Positions 11,076 to 22,540 of a stretch of DNA of 64,000 bases are shown here, in pieces (position 1 is the first letter of the stretch; each line of letters opens with the position of its first letter). This DNA comes from Ruditapes philippinarum (taxonomy: Eukaryota): the NCBI RefSeq assembly GCF_026571515.1, contig NW_026860464.1, positions 372,001 through 436,000 on the forward strand. The letters run 5' to 3'. The notes beneath the pieces are model-generated. The model did not search any database and was not told where the DNA came from. It saw only the letters and a program-made list of their open reading frames with translations. The position numbers were made by a program, and so were the translations under genes.

Positions 11076-14000
11076 ATGGCTAAAGGCAAAGGTGGAGCTC
11101 TTGATTGCTGCGCGGCATGCGGAGCTGCAGGTAAGTTGTTTATTTTTAGATGTATCAATCTTAAAGCATTCTTTATAAATGCATTATGTAGATATTTTTT
11201 AATCTGTTTTTATATGTTTCAAATATTTAAACAAAATGTGTAACACCTCGCCTGTTTCCATTGATGCCATTGATATAAGCTTTCCATGTAGTTTTGGTGC
11301 AAGTTTCATAATTGTAACTAATTATTTATTAACCTACCAGTAGATAAATCTGAAATTCTTTTAATAATGCTCAGCATTGAAAGATCGTAACATTTATGAC
11401 AATAATAGAATAATGAACTTTCGAAGTCCTGTAATTCATTAAAAACTGTTTAATTTACAACGAGTTGTTTTATTTTTGTTCCAGCATGCTGTTGTTTCAT
11501 TGTGCTCATAGTTATTGCTTTAGCGGGTTTGGGCATAGCAAAGATTGTCATGGGTGAGTACATTGTTTATACTAACTACAAAACTATGATTACTTTTATG
11601 ATAACGTTGATAAATAAATAATTACTTAAGATAGATCACAATTAAGTAGTGATTATACAAATTTATTACAACGTTTTATATGAGACACATGTTAAACATC
11701 TTTCATTACTTGACGACCTTTATTCATAAATAATGTTATTCATAACATAACATAACATAAATTTATTGCATAAAACTCTTTTTCAAAGTTTATAGCAAGC
11801 ATTACATACAGGCAGGTACATGAAAACGTGTTTTCAGAAAAGAAAAAACAAGTTAATTAAATTGACTTATGAATACATAGTATTTTGCACATTTTAAGAA
11901 AGTTCAGTGTATTTTTTCTAACATGTCAAAATAAGAGCATACAGTATTATGGAGGTGTATGGACAAATTATGAAATTCTTATTCTATTGGCAAAATATAT
12001 ATATTTCGATAAATTACAAATATATTTTTTAGATGTGGCATTCATTAATTGATCAAATTTATGTATAGATGGCCAACGACAAAAATATTGCCGAAAATAT
12101 TTGGTTCTCAATTCGCGATATTTAGGACATACTAAAATAAAGTGGAATTCAGTCTCAACTTTTCTCATATTACATGATTTACAAAGCCGTTCTTCTCGTG
12201 CGATATTCTCGTAACGTCCGGTTTCTATAAGTAAACTGTGCGACGATGTTCTAAGTCTTGATAGTGCAACCCTATACTTGTTCTCTTTAATACAATCTAA
12301 ATATTGTTCTGTTTGAAAATTATGCTTAAATATACAGTAAGATTGAAGGCGTGGCGAATTATTTATGTCTGAGTACCAGCGTTGATAATATGTATCTAAT
12401 ATGCGTTGTTTTATCAACTGGAACGGTATATTATTCACATCCGTTTGTTGATTCCAGACATAGCTTAATCCATGTACATCTAAAATACTTTTCACTTGAG
12501 CAGCCCAATTAAGACCACGATACTCACGACCGCTATCAGCGTCAGCTTTTAAAAACGTATAGGTCTGCTTTATTAATGAAGAGTCCGCGTGCCTTAATAT
12601 TTTAATCCAATATTTAATTATGTTTATTTTTCTGAATACGGCTAGTGGTACGCGCCCGAGTTCTCCATAAAGTGCGGAAAGGTTTGTTGAGCGTTTCACA
12701 CATAATACGCGACGTAAGAATTTAGTATGTAACAGTTCTATGTCAGTCGCTTCATGCATACCCCATATTTCAGAGCCAAAATTTAGAATAGAACCAACCA
12801 AACTGTCAAATAAGCTTACTTTTTGTTTAATTGGTAACTCGATATTATTAAAGATGGTGAACAGGCTATATAATGCACGAGACGCATGCTGTGCAATACA
12901 TTTTTGACTGCGATACCAGTTTCCATTTTTAAATAATGTAATACCTAAATATTTAAATGACGTAACTACTTCTAAGGGTGTATCTTCAATATAAAAGTTA
13001 TGTTGAGAGTGACGTCCTCTTTCGAATATTAATATTTTAGTTTTTGTAGTGTTGATTGTTAGACCCCACTCCCTACAATACGTTACAAGATCATTTATCA
13101 TAGACTGTAATGCTTCCGGGGATGTAGCATAAAGTACTTGGTCATCAGCATACAATAATAAAAAGTATTTTACTTCGTTAATTGTAAATATATCATCAAT
13201 ATTTGTATTAATATTGTGTGTGACGTCATTTACGAAGTACATAAATAGCAGAGGGGAGCTCGGGTCCCCTTGTTTCAATCCGATGTTAGAGGTGAAGAAG
13301 TCTGATGATTCTGAATTGAACTTTACACAGGACTTAACAATAGTATACATTGCTTTTACGGCCCGTACAAATTTACTACTAACTTTTTCTGTTATAAGTT
13401 TTTGACATAAATATGTTCTATTAATTCTATCAAAACACAACATATAATCAACAAAACAGCAATAAAGTTTTTTACCCAAGTCTAAAACTTTACTTAATAC
13501 CGAATGTAGGACAAAAATACAATCAATGATTGACTTCCCCTTTTGGAATCCGAATTGATTTTTGTCAAGCGTATCGTATTTGTTCGACCATTGAGTTAAT
13601 CTATTTAAAAGCAACTGAGAGTAAATTTTTACAAGTACATTAATAAGACAAATGCCTCGATAATTCTTAGCATCATTTATGTCCCCTTTTTTAAAGATAG
13701 GAGTAATTATTCCTAAACCCCAAGAATTAGGATATTCACCACTGTTAAATATTCTGTTATATATTTTCAACAAAAGAGGTGAAATTAAATCATAGCTCGA
13801 CTTAAACAATTCACTTGGAAGATTGTCTAACCCCGGCATTTTATTATTGTTTTGGTGGAAAACTGCGGATCTAAGTTCTTGTTCTGTAAAATAAATATCT
13901 AGGTCAGCGTCGGTCTGGTCGTTCTGCGGAATATAGTCGTCATTTTCACTACTCGGCGGTTCCTCACCAAACATGCCTTTAAAATGGTTAAACAGACTAT

Positions 14001-17000
14001 CGATATTAAGATTATCGGCCTTAAGTGGTGCCTTTTTAAAAGATTTTCGAATCTTTTTCCAAAACTGTCTAGGTTGAGATTTAGCTAAATTGCTAACTTT
14101 CTGGCCCTGTCGAATTTTGTATATATTGTATGCTTTCTTCTTCACTTTATTATACTTAGTCCTAGCACGCGTGAACAATACCCTGTTTTCATTTATTTTA
14201 TTACGATTAAAATTATTACGTGCGCGTTTAAACTCATTTTTTGCGGTAGCGCAATTAGCGTTAAACCAATCTTTGCTGGTTTTCCTTGTGTTTATGGTTA
14301 CATGTTTTGTGTAAGATTTACCGAAGACTGAATGTGCACTATCAGATATTAATGTCGTAAATTCGTTTACTACGTCATCAATTGGTGCGTGAGGTGCGCG
14401 TTCGATAATGTGATTAAATGAATCTTGTTTAATAGTGAGCTGTGCACGAAAAAGATGTACTTTTTTATCATCCCATACTATTTTAGAAGTCGTGGGAGCT
14501 GGGTTAACCGGTGAGTTCGTGCACGTGCTAACGTTGTCGTCTGCTAAGCGTAGCGAAAATTTAAACTCGATCGGCGCATGATCTGAGTGTTGATTAAATT
14601 CTGAAATAATGAACTGAGACACAATTTCAAAGTCTGAAAAATTTAATAATAAATAATCTACCGTGCTTAGACCGCGGTGAGAACAAAAAGTAAAATTTCC
14701 GGGTTCGTTATTTAAACGGCCATTTGCAATTAGTAACCCAGTAGATTGACATAGTTCTATAAGTCGTCTACCGTTGTGATCAATAACTGTATCTTTATTC
14801 ACTCGAGGTGGAATAGAGACGTTTGTATTTAATAAATCTAAGTTTTCATCTAAATATTTGTCAAAAACAATGAAATCTTCTGCATTTGAAACTCTACTAT
14901 TAAGGTCCCCAGTTATGAAAACTTTACCTAAATTATTATACTTCAAAATATCAGTTTCAATTTGATCAAAAAAGTCAAAATCAGAGGCTTTAAAAACCTT
15001 AGAGTCACTTGGTGGAAAATATGTAAAACAAATATAAATATCATCTCCATCAACAAACAAATCAGAAGAAATTTTCAACCAAATAAAACCTTTTTGATTT
15101 TGTTCAATAATAGTAATAAAACGTTTATACTTGTCCTTAATATAAACTGATAAACCTCCGCTGAATCTACCTTTAGATATGTTTTTCTGTTTATTTCCAG
15201 ATAAATGTACACTTTTATAACCTTGAATGTCAATGTCAAGTGCATTTTTGGCAGAAGTCCAAGTTTCGCTTAGCAGAACTAAGCTAAAAGTATTTATATA
15301 ATCCAAAAAATCTGTATCTATAAGTTTCCGCACTAAACCATTGACATTCCATGAGAGAACACTTAATGTTAACTCTTCCTGACAACCCTAATCACTTGTA
15401 GCACTATCTGAATTACCAGGTCTGTACAACTGACCATCAATGAATAGCTGCTTTCCCACGAATTTGACGGGTTTACCTGCTTTTTTAGCATCATTTATAG
15501 GACCGTAAAGTGATTTCCTCGCTTCACGAATTGCTTTCGGCAACTGGATTCCGATACCCCATCCTTTGGCTTTCAGCTCTCCCGACTTATCGTAAGATCG
15601 CAGACGGACAGCTTCACGTTCAGAGAAATAACGGTATGTGACTAAAATGGGCCGTGGTTTGCTACCTCGTTTTGGTCCAACTCGTCTTACACTTTCAAAC
15701 AAGTGAGTATTAGCGTCCGGCATGTCCAGTATATCGGTACATACTGTTTTTATAATAGCGCCACAGTCCTCATGTTCGTTTTCTGCGAGACCGTAGTATA
15801 GTAAATTCACTTTCATAGATCTAGCATCCATATCATCGAATCTACATTCCAGTTTTTCTCTTTCTTCTTTAAGTTTTTGTGCACTAGAATCCAACAAATC
15901 ACATTTTTTTCGTAGTTTTTTTATTTCATTACACGAGTTTTTGATATCCTCCTTAGCAGATTCATACGCACTGGATTGAAACGCGCACGCATTTTCCGTT
16001 TCCGTAACACGTGACTCTAGTGATTTAAATCTATTCTCCATTTTACTCATTTTTGTGTTTATTTCTTTCACAGTATTTTCAATAAAATCCATATTTTTCA
16101 GTTTAACTTTTAGTTGTTTAACTTCTGCTAAAATCTCTGTCGCCCAAAGAGGGGTGGGCATCGGCGGCATAGAGGAGAATCCAAATGGTGGTGAATTGCT
16201 CTGAATAAAGGCTGGTTGAGACATAGAGTAAGGGCTCATAGAGCCTGGTTGGCTAAAAGACATACCTGTGTATTGTGTAAAAGGCGATGTCATTGATGTG
16301 TTAGTTCTGTTTACCTTAGCACGTTTTTTCTTCCTACATTGCACTTGTTTATTTAGTCCACGCTCAAGGCTATTATCGACTGTGTTGAATATGGTTTCCC
16401 TAATATGGTAAAAGTCCGTGCACACGTCCACGTTGTCATTCAATGGCGAATTCGCTGGTCGTTTTTTATCGTTCAATTTTACATTTATTTCCGAACTGGT
16501 TGAACAAATATCCTCTTCTGACATTAGCACTTGTATTCATAATTTATTTTATCCAAAAATTTTGATTAAAAACGTGTATTTAAATACTTTTTAAATCCAT
16601 TTTTGAGAGATCCGAAAAAACACGTTTTCACCCGCCAGCTGTTATAACGGTAAAAAAAAAAATTCATACGACACAGTGAAACTGAATCAATGTATAATGA
16701 GCCTTGCCGATAGAGTCCCCTTACCTGTCCCTCAGTTACCGCCACTTTTGTTTTCTTTCTACCCTAATGTCCTGCGATTCCGATGTTCATCAATGTGCAT
16801 ATAAATTTTGCCCTAATACATTTAAGTAAAGCGCAGATAATAATTACATGCACTAAATATTATTGCAGAAAGCTTTTACGGCAAGTAAACATATGATGAC
16901 ATGGCTGACAACGCCATATATTTTCGCGTCATTTGTTTATTAGTTACAAGTTTTGGCTTTTGAATGTTCGCAATATTTTGTCGTCATCAAAATAGAGAAA

Positions 17001-18971
17001 ATATGTAGCCTTCTTGCGGGAAGTGTAGATCTAATTAATATTATTATCGTGGTAACGGTTAAAGAACGCCCAAAAGACAAATACATAATATGACAGATTG
17101 TGGTGTATTATTAAAGGGACTCCACTGAGGTTTTTTAACATGACCGGACTGGAAAAATTATTTTTTTGAGATTATTACTCCATTTGATGTAGATCTATAC
17201 TAATAACTTATCTGCAAAATATCAGATCATTAGCTCGCTCCGTTTTTCCACAATAATTATTATAATAGTGAAAAATGACCCAAAAGTGAAAAGCGTTTAA
17301 AACCTTTTCACTCAAATCGGACTGAGCATATCACAAAAATATGATTTTCAATGTATGTCTTTTGTATATTTCTTGGTTATATTTCATTTGTATTTCTGTT
17401 TTAAGTGCTAATGTTTATCTATGTGAAAAATTAAAATTTTATGTTTTTAGGCATGTAAACTTCAGTGGAGTTCCTTGAAAGGCACATTATGTCTCAGAAA
17501 TAAATTTTTACTTCTTTAGAAATAGCAAAAATGATTTTTTTATGTTTAATTAATGGTTTTAGAGAATGTCTGATGCTTGTTACTTGAAGTAAAATAAGAT
17601 AAACGTGAAATAATTTGTCATAAAAGTAGTAAAATGCAAACAACGAACAAATTTCACTTCCATACAAAAATCCTTGCCAAAAAGCCAAAAAGCACAGAAG
17701 AAAACGATCGATACGTTATTGGCCAATGAGTAACCTTCTGTATTCTAAAATAAAAATGCGTTTTAGAAATAAAAAAATAAAAGTATTTCTCAGGCATAAT
17801 AGGCATTTAAGTAAAGGTATTAGGTATGAACAATTAGCTTTACGGAACCGAAAGTGATTATCGTTTATCACTAGTATAGTGGCAAGTCAGCATGTACATA
17901 CGTGCACTTTAATCAGGCTTAATAATGTTTGCTGACCAACTTCACACTTTCAAAATAGTAACTCTAAATTTGATAATGGAACAGTTTTAGAAAATGGAAG
18001 CTGGATAAGTTGGTTAAGGGAATTCGTCAATTTGAGAGATTAACATCTGACAAAAAGCAAATACTTCGGTAACAAAGAAATCAAGATATAGAATAAATAA
18101 GACACGTTGTAGCTTGGGTTGAATAAATCTTTTATAACAGAAAAAAGGCAACATCTCTCACGCCCTCTAGCACCAGGTCAGCTAGCCTTAAATTTGTAAT
18201 TACATTGTATATCTTACCATAATAATTTTGCAGGAGCAATTCACTTGGACGACTGCAGTATTGAAAAACTTATACCAATCTGGCTTATTGTAAGCGGCTG
18301 CGCTCCAATCCTGTTTGGTGGAATGGGTAAACAGAGTGGTGAGGACGGAGGGGATACCAACCCATGCGCAATAGTCTGTGGAGTAATTGGATTCCTTTTC
18401 AATCTAGCATGGCTTATCTGTGGTAAAACCAACTTGTTTATTATAAATGTATTTATGGGAAAAAAGAATATTTTCTTCTTACTTTGTCTGTATTGTTTGA
18501 ACAATGATAACATTAAAGGTTTTGATTATCACATGTTCAACATAACACATTCAAATGAAATGCAATTTAAGACGTTAACGTCATAATTAAAAATGACATT
18601 CATTGTTTAACCCCTTATACTAAAATATTAATAAACAACGCATAATTGTAATCTCCAAGAAGTAAAAAATGATTGTCGTTTCGTCGACGTTTACTTAAAC
18701 TCATGTTTCACGATGATTAACAGAATATACCGATTTGCTTAAACCCATTACTATTTACCTTGTAGGAAGTGTTTGGGTGTACCCTAACTACAACACAGTT
18801 ACGGCGGACGACTATGTACAATGTACCGCCAACATAACAACTGGTTGTACGGAAGGGAATTGTGACAAAAATCTTATAACTTTTGCATTTGCGATGGCCA
18901 CTCTCGACTGGATATTCATGGGTCTTTGGATCGTTCTTATCGGGTTTATAATTTGCAGAGCCTGCAAATAA
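11076..18971 (+). CDS. TMEM272-like transmembrane protein, copy 1, 172 aa; exons 11076-11130, 11485-11553, 18234-18422, 18766-18971
   Basis: GT-AG phase-1 junctions join in frame: MAKGKGGALDCCAACGAA/ACCCFIVLIVIALAGLGIAKIVM/GAIHLDDCSIEKLIPIWLIVSG...FNLAWLIC/GSVWVYPNY...CDKNLITFAFAM...CRACK*. Motifs G..Y/HL.DC....IPIW/YL.V.G, W.I.G..WV and CD..L..FAF match my recollection of the TMEM272 family. Confidence 0.88.
11968..15387 (-). CDS. LINE ORF2: APE endonuclease + reverse transcriptase + CCHC finger; no ATG start
   Basis: Open from the ORF1 stop: GCQEELTLSVLSWNVNGL, LSETW, GDLNSR, TVDY, SDH; RT QFGF, GLKQGDPSSPLLF, YADD, YLG; CKSC..ETEFHFILVC. No stops or frameshifts. Confidence 0.95.
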   Translation of the reverse strand, partial: GCQEELTLSVLSWNVNGLVRKLIDTDFLDYINTFSLVLLSETWTSAKNALDIDIQGYKSVHLSGNKQKNISKGRFSGGLSVYIKDKYKRFITIIEQNQKGFIWLKISSDLFVDGDDIYICFTYFPPSDSKVFKASDFDFFDQIETDILKYNNLGKVFITGDLNSRVSNAEDFIVFDKYLDENLDLLNTNVSIPPRVNKDTVIDHNGRRLIELCQSTGLLIANGRLNNEPGNFTFCSHRGLSTVDYLLLNFSDFEIVSQFIISEFNQHSDHAPIEFKFSLRLADDNVSTCTNSPVNPAPTTSKIVWDDKKVHLFRAQLTIKQDSFNHIIERAPHAPIDDVVNEFTTLISDSAHSVFGKSYTKHVTINTRKTSKDWFNANCATAKNEFKRARNNFNRNKINENRVLFTRARTKYNKVKKKAYNIYKIRQGQKVSNLAKSQPRQFWKKIRKSFKKAPLKADNLNIDSLFNHFKGMFGEEPPSSENDDYIPQNDQTDADLDIYFTEQELRSAVFHQNNNKMPGLDNLPSELFKSSYDLISPLLLKIYNRIFNSGEYPNSWGLGIITPIFKKGDINDAKNYRGICLINVLVKIYSQLLLNRLTQWSNKYDTLDKNQFGFQKGKSIIDCIFVLHSVLSKVLDLGKKLYCCFVDYMLCFDRINRTYLCQKLITEKVSSKFVRAVKAMYTIVKSCVKFNSESSDFFTSNIGLKQGDPSSPLLFMYFVNDVTHNINTNIDDIFTINEVKYFLLLYADDQVLYATSPEALQSMINDLVTYCREWGLTINTTKTKILIFERGRHSQHNFYIEDTPLEVVTSFKYLGITLFKNGNWYRSQKCIAQHASRALYSLFTIFNNIELPIKQKVSLFDSLVGSILNFGSEIWGMHEATDIELLHTKFLRRVLCVKRSTNLSALYGELGRVPLAVFRKINIIKYWIKILRHADSSLIKQTYTFLKADADSGREYRGLNWAAQVKSILDVHGLSYVWNQQTDVNNIPFQLIKQRILDTYYQRWYSDINNSPRLQSYCIFKHNFQTEQYLDCIKENKYRVALSRLRTSSHSLLIETGRYENIAREERLCKSCNMRKVETEFHFILVCPKYRELRTKYFRQYFCRWPSIHKFDQLMNATSKKYICNLSKYIYFANRIRIS
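15388..16524 (-). CDS. LINE ORF1, 378 aa: coiled coil + L1-type RRM/CTD RNA-binding protein
   Basis: Starts MSEEDIC at 16524; heptad-rich middle; NLLYYGLAE, RRVG..PRPILV, IREARK, LFIDGQLY motifs typical of L1-like ORF1p. Confidence 0.88.
   Translation of the reverse strand: MSEEDICSTSSEINVKLNDKKRPANSPLNDNVDVCTDFYHIRETIFNTVDNSLERGLNKQVQCRKKKRAKVNRTNTSMTSPFTQYTGMSFSQPGSMSPYSMSQPAFIQSNSPPFGFSSMPPMPTPLWATEILAEVKQLKVKLKNMDFIENTVKEINTKMSKMENRFKSLESRVTETENACAFQSSAYESAKEDIKNSCNEIKKLRKKCDLLDSSAQKLKEEREKLECRFDDMDARSMKVNLLYYGLAENEHEDCGAIIKTVCTDILDMPDANTHLFESVRRVGPKRGSKPRPILVTYRYFSEREAVRLRSYDKSGELKAKGWGIGIQLPKAIREARKSLYGPINDAKKAGKPVKFVGKQLFIDGQLYRPGNSDSATSD
17115..17475. mobile_element. Kolobok-like MITE family A
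   Basis: TIR AGGGACTCCACTGAGG / CTTCAGTGGAGTTCCT, flanks TTAA / TGAA; second copy at 42275-42630. Confidence 0.85.
17480..17806. mobile_element. Kolobok-like MITE family B, abutting family A
   Basis: Imperfect TIR AGGCACATTATGTCTCAGAAA / TTTCTCAGGCATAATAGGCAT followed by TTAA; inverted relative at 34897-35199. Confidence 0.7.
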
Positions 18972-19185
18972 ACAGTATGTTAAATATATTATTTTTTTTC
19001 CATATTTTCTGTTCGTGTGTCAATATGGTGAAAAATAATGCAAAATCAGTCACTCATTGTACATAACATGTACATTATTACTTGAATCGTTTAATCTTTT
19101 TTATCTTAATACATCTTTGCCCTCTTGTTTTAATTCATTATGGGTATTTATATTTGAAGGAACACATTCTTAATTTATATTTCAG

Positions 19186-19240
19186 AGAGGTCAATATGAC
19201 TAGCTGGTCAGCGGTTTGACAAAAGAGGTCTTTGTGTTGC
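19186..19240 (+). other. Start of probable 3' UTR exon of copy 1
   Basis: Donor gtatgt at 18975 and acceptor atatttcag at 19185 correspond to copy 2's last intron; the following sequence (tagctgg..tttga..gg.ctttgt) resembles copy 2's last exon. Confidence 0.6.
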
Positions 19241-21051
19241 TGTGTTGTATTATCTGTCCTGCTGCAATATTGTTTTGTTTTATTTCATAAGATTTATATA
19301 CATTTATATAATTGATATTTATTTAAACATTATAATTGTTATCTATATCCTAAAGATCATGTAACTCATTTTTATGGTTTGATATCATAAATATGATGCT
19401 CAAATGAAGACTCATCAATATTGTAAGTTCCAAAAAGCATTATTTGTAAACATATCAACGAATTTACATTTCGTGCAAATGAAGGGAGGTAATTAGAAAT
19501 TTATTTTCGATAAAGTATAAGCCAAATTTTTCAATAAGAAATGAATGCATATATTTTAATGATTACTTTTAATGCATATAAACATTTGCAGTACATATTT
19601 AACATATTCTTGGATGTTTGGAAATTGTTTTAGAAGAATATTATATACATATATAAAACTTTACTTCAAGTGTTGGTACATAATTAATTACAACATACAG
19701 GATCTTTAAAGTATATGAATGATTCTTTCAGCATACATTATAATTGTTAAGTGATATATATAGATTATAATTATTATTTATTTGTTAAAGTATATATATC
19801 ATGACTCTTTCAGCATGCGTTGTTGTAGCTTTAAACACTAGTGCACAAAATGTCAAGCTCATTAAAGGACATTCAATAGCTTAGGTGACAAAATATATAA
19901 AATGAAGCGGCTAATGAATTCTTGAAAACAGTTGACATTTTCAGTCTGATCGTAAAAAAAGGTATAACATGCTTAAAATAGTCAACATCTAGACTATTTC
20001 GACAATAAACTCGATAAACGGCGTAAATTGTTTTCTCAGTTGCTTATGTTTTAAAGAAATAAGATAAATCAATAAAATCAAAAGAAAAAGCAAATCACTT
20101 GTCACACTTAAAAAGGTGTTATTGCTTTGAAGCACTCACCATTGCTTAACAAAGACAGATTGTTTTTACTTTTATTTACATTTGTTGAAACCTTGTTTCT
20201 TAGTTTTTTTCTCTAATTCATTGACTATTATACACATGTACTGTTCAAGTAGTTGCTTTCCTTTTATTAGTATGTTCAGTATTTTTTCGAAATATTCAAA
20301 TTCATGAAAAGCCTTTGACCAACAACGTACTGTATACAACGTACATACATGTACACCATCGAATTTGTTTTTATCTGTGATATACAATAGAAGAAAAAAA
20401 TAATTCCCGGATGTTGTAAATGTCTGTTCTGTTTCTATTCTGTTAACACTTATTATGGTAATTGTTCTCATCCATAATTTACGCCTACGAAAACAGAACA
20501 AAGTTCGCCGCAAAATGATTGTGAGTACTACACGCAATTATATTTAAGTCTCGTGACGTGATAAAACATTTAGCATGTGATACAAGTGCTATAATTGACA
20601 ATTAAGTATTTAGATATTTTTAAGGCTTGTTTCTTATTTTATATTGTTTAAAGTAGGAAAATATCACACGTTTTCTTTATATAATTTATATTTATGTGAT
20701 TTACCAATGTATTATCCTAATAAAGATCATATGATATGCGATCGTTTTGTTTTATTTAAGAAACACATACGCACTATTTGTTTAAAAGTATATTTACATA
20801 ATTTCGATTTTAAACATTCGGTATTCTTTAAAATTTCATAGATTTTTCTACTAAATATTTCATATCTTAGTTTTTTATCTACTTGTGGGTTTAAACAAAA
20901 TCAACAAATCTGGGTACGGAAAGAATCGGGTAAAGTTTAAATGAATAGTTGGGCATGAAAAAGCAATTGATGGTCTAAAAGGTTAAGAGTGAATCAAGAA
21001 TTGTATAATTTATATGTGATTAAAGCGCTTATTCGTAGGGCTTGGTAGATA

Positions 21052-21331
21052 TACACACACACACGCGCGCGCACACACGCACACGCGCACACACACGAAC
21101 GCACACACACACACACATGTTCTTTGTTCATCTGACTCCTAACTGTAACCCTTACTCTTACCCTAAACTTACCCTAATACGTTCCTAAACCTAAACGAAA
21201 CCTAATATCTATACAATCGTAGGCTCCTAAGCCTTATATGACTCAAAGAGGAACGGTGAAAGCACTTTTTCTACCTCACTTTCCATTGGTTATGTTGACA
21301 ACCTCACCTCGCCAGGTCAGGTCAACTGGCG

Positions 21332-21364
<33 letters not shown>

Positions 21365-21378
21365 TCAAGCACACACGT
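21052..21378. repeat. (CA)n/(CG)n microsatellites flanking a degenerate CCTAAC/CCCTAA hexamer tract (21138-21205)
   Basis: Direct reading. Confidence 0.8.
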
Positions 21379-22540
21379 GCTGATGCTCTTCCAATAGACT
21401 CACCCCACACTCACTCACGCGTGCTAAATCGTTTTGAACTCTTGCGTTCATATTTGCGTATTAGCAATAAAGACTTCTCCCTTGTGTTACGAGTGAGAAG
21501 ATAACAAACGTAACAACAAAAATATAAAATAAAGAATAACTTTATTTAGTATATAAATAAAATGTGAAGAGAGATGCAAGTGATGTGCATTCAATGTGAA
21601 TACTGACTTATTATACAAAACACACATATACACAAACATAAAAACTACATTTTGTAACATTTACTTGAATAAAAAAATGTGTCAACAGCGAAGAAAATAC
21701 AGAAACAAACACAATAGGGTCGTAAGTATTAGAGTATCTTGAATTTATCTAAGTGGATTTTAATAGGCCAGAATCTCACTATATTTACTTTACCCAAATA
21801 GACTTTAATAATCAATGACAAAGAAGACATAAATGTTTAAAGACAGAAGGATTAACATAAAGAACTATTTCTAAAATGCTTTCAATTGAATATGAAAATG
21901 TAAAATTTGAAAAGAGAGAACCTTCCACGGTAGTATGTATGTTTTCTTAGGATAAATGCATCAGTTTTAAGTTCCCTCTTTAATCTCATATAAATCAATA
22001 TTTATTGTACTTAAATGTACATTATGCCTTACAAATAATATATTTTCCCTTAGCCAGGGCAAATATGAGATTTATAACGTTTTAATAATGGTTTACACAT
22101 ATTAGATGCTTGTCACATGAATAAAGTGCAATGTATTGCTGAATGTGAAACTATTTGCAATAAAAGAAGCAAAAGTAAACATAGTAGTATTTGGACTTCC
22201 ATACAAAATAATAATCACTATAACTGTACTTAATTTCAACGCTTTCAATAAAATCTGCCAAAAAACGCATAAAAATCGGTTGAGTACATTTACATAGTAC
22301 GTATTGTATAGTTTTCCATCTTAACTGCACCAACTTATTGAAGAAAGTAACTGCGCCAACTTATTGAGGAAAGAATTTCAAAGTTTATTATTTTAGGATT
22401 TTATACCTCACTGAAGTTCCTTTAAAATATAATAAAACAATATCTCACACAATAGTCATTAAATGCATGTATGTGATGGCTAATACGATAGAGTGCCGCA
22501 AAAGAGGTAATACAAAGGCCATTCTTCAAACCAGCTAAAC

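Larger units (their letters stand above)
11745..16661 (-). mobile_element. Full-length non-LTR retrotransposon (LINE), probably RTEX clade, antisense in intron 2 of copy 1
   Basis: 5'UTR, ORF1, ORF2, 3'UTR, AATAAA and (TTATG)4 tail at 11741-11767; candidate TSD ATTCATA (11738-11744/16662-16668), alternative TGTTAT (11734-11739/16640-16645). Clade inferred from the C-terminal CCHC and the tandem-repeat tail. Confidence 0.92.

Noticed and set aside
6967-14314. Plus-strand ORFs antisense to the Pao and LINE coding regions
   Set aside because: Shadow frames of long coding sequences, with no independent evidence.
15331-15333. GTG as the ORF2 start
   Set aside because: Lies downstream of the conserved SWNVNG endonuclease motif.
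21138-21205. Interstitial telomere
   Set aside because: Only a short, highly degenerate CCTAAN tract; such tracts are common in TE-derived sequence.
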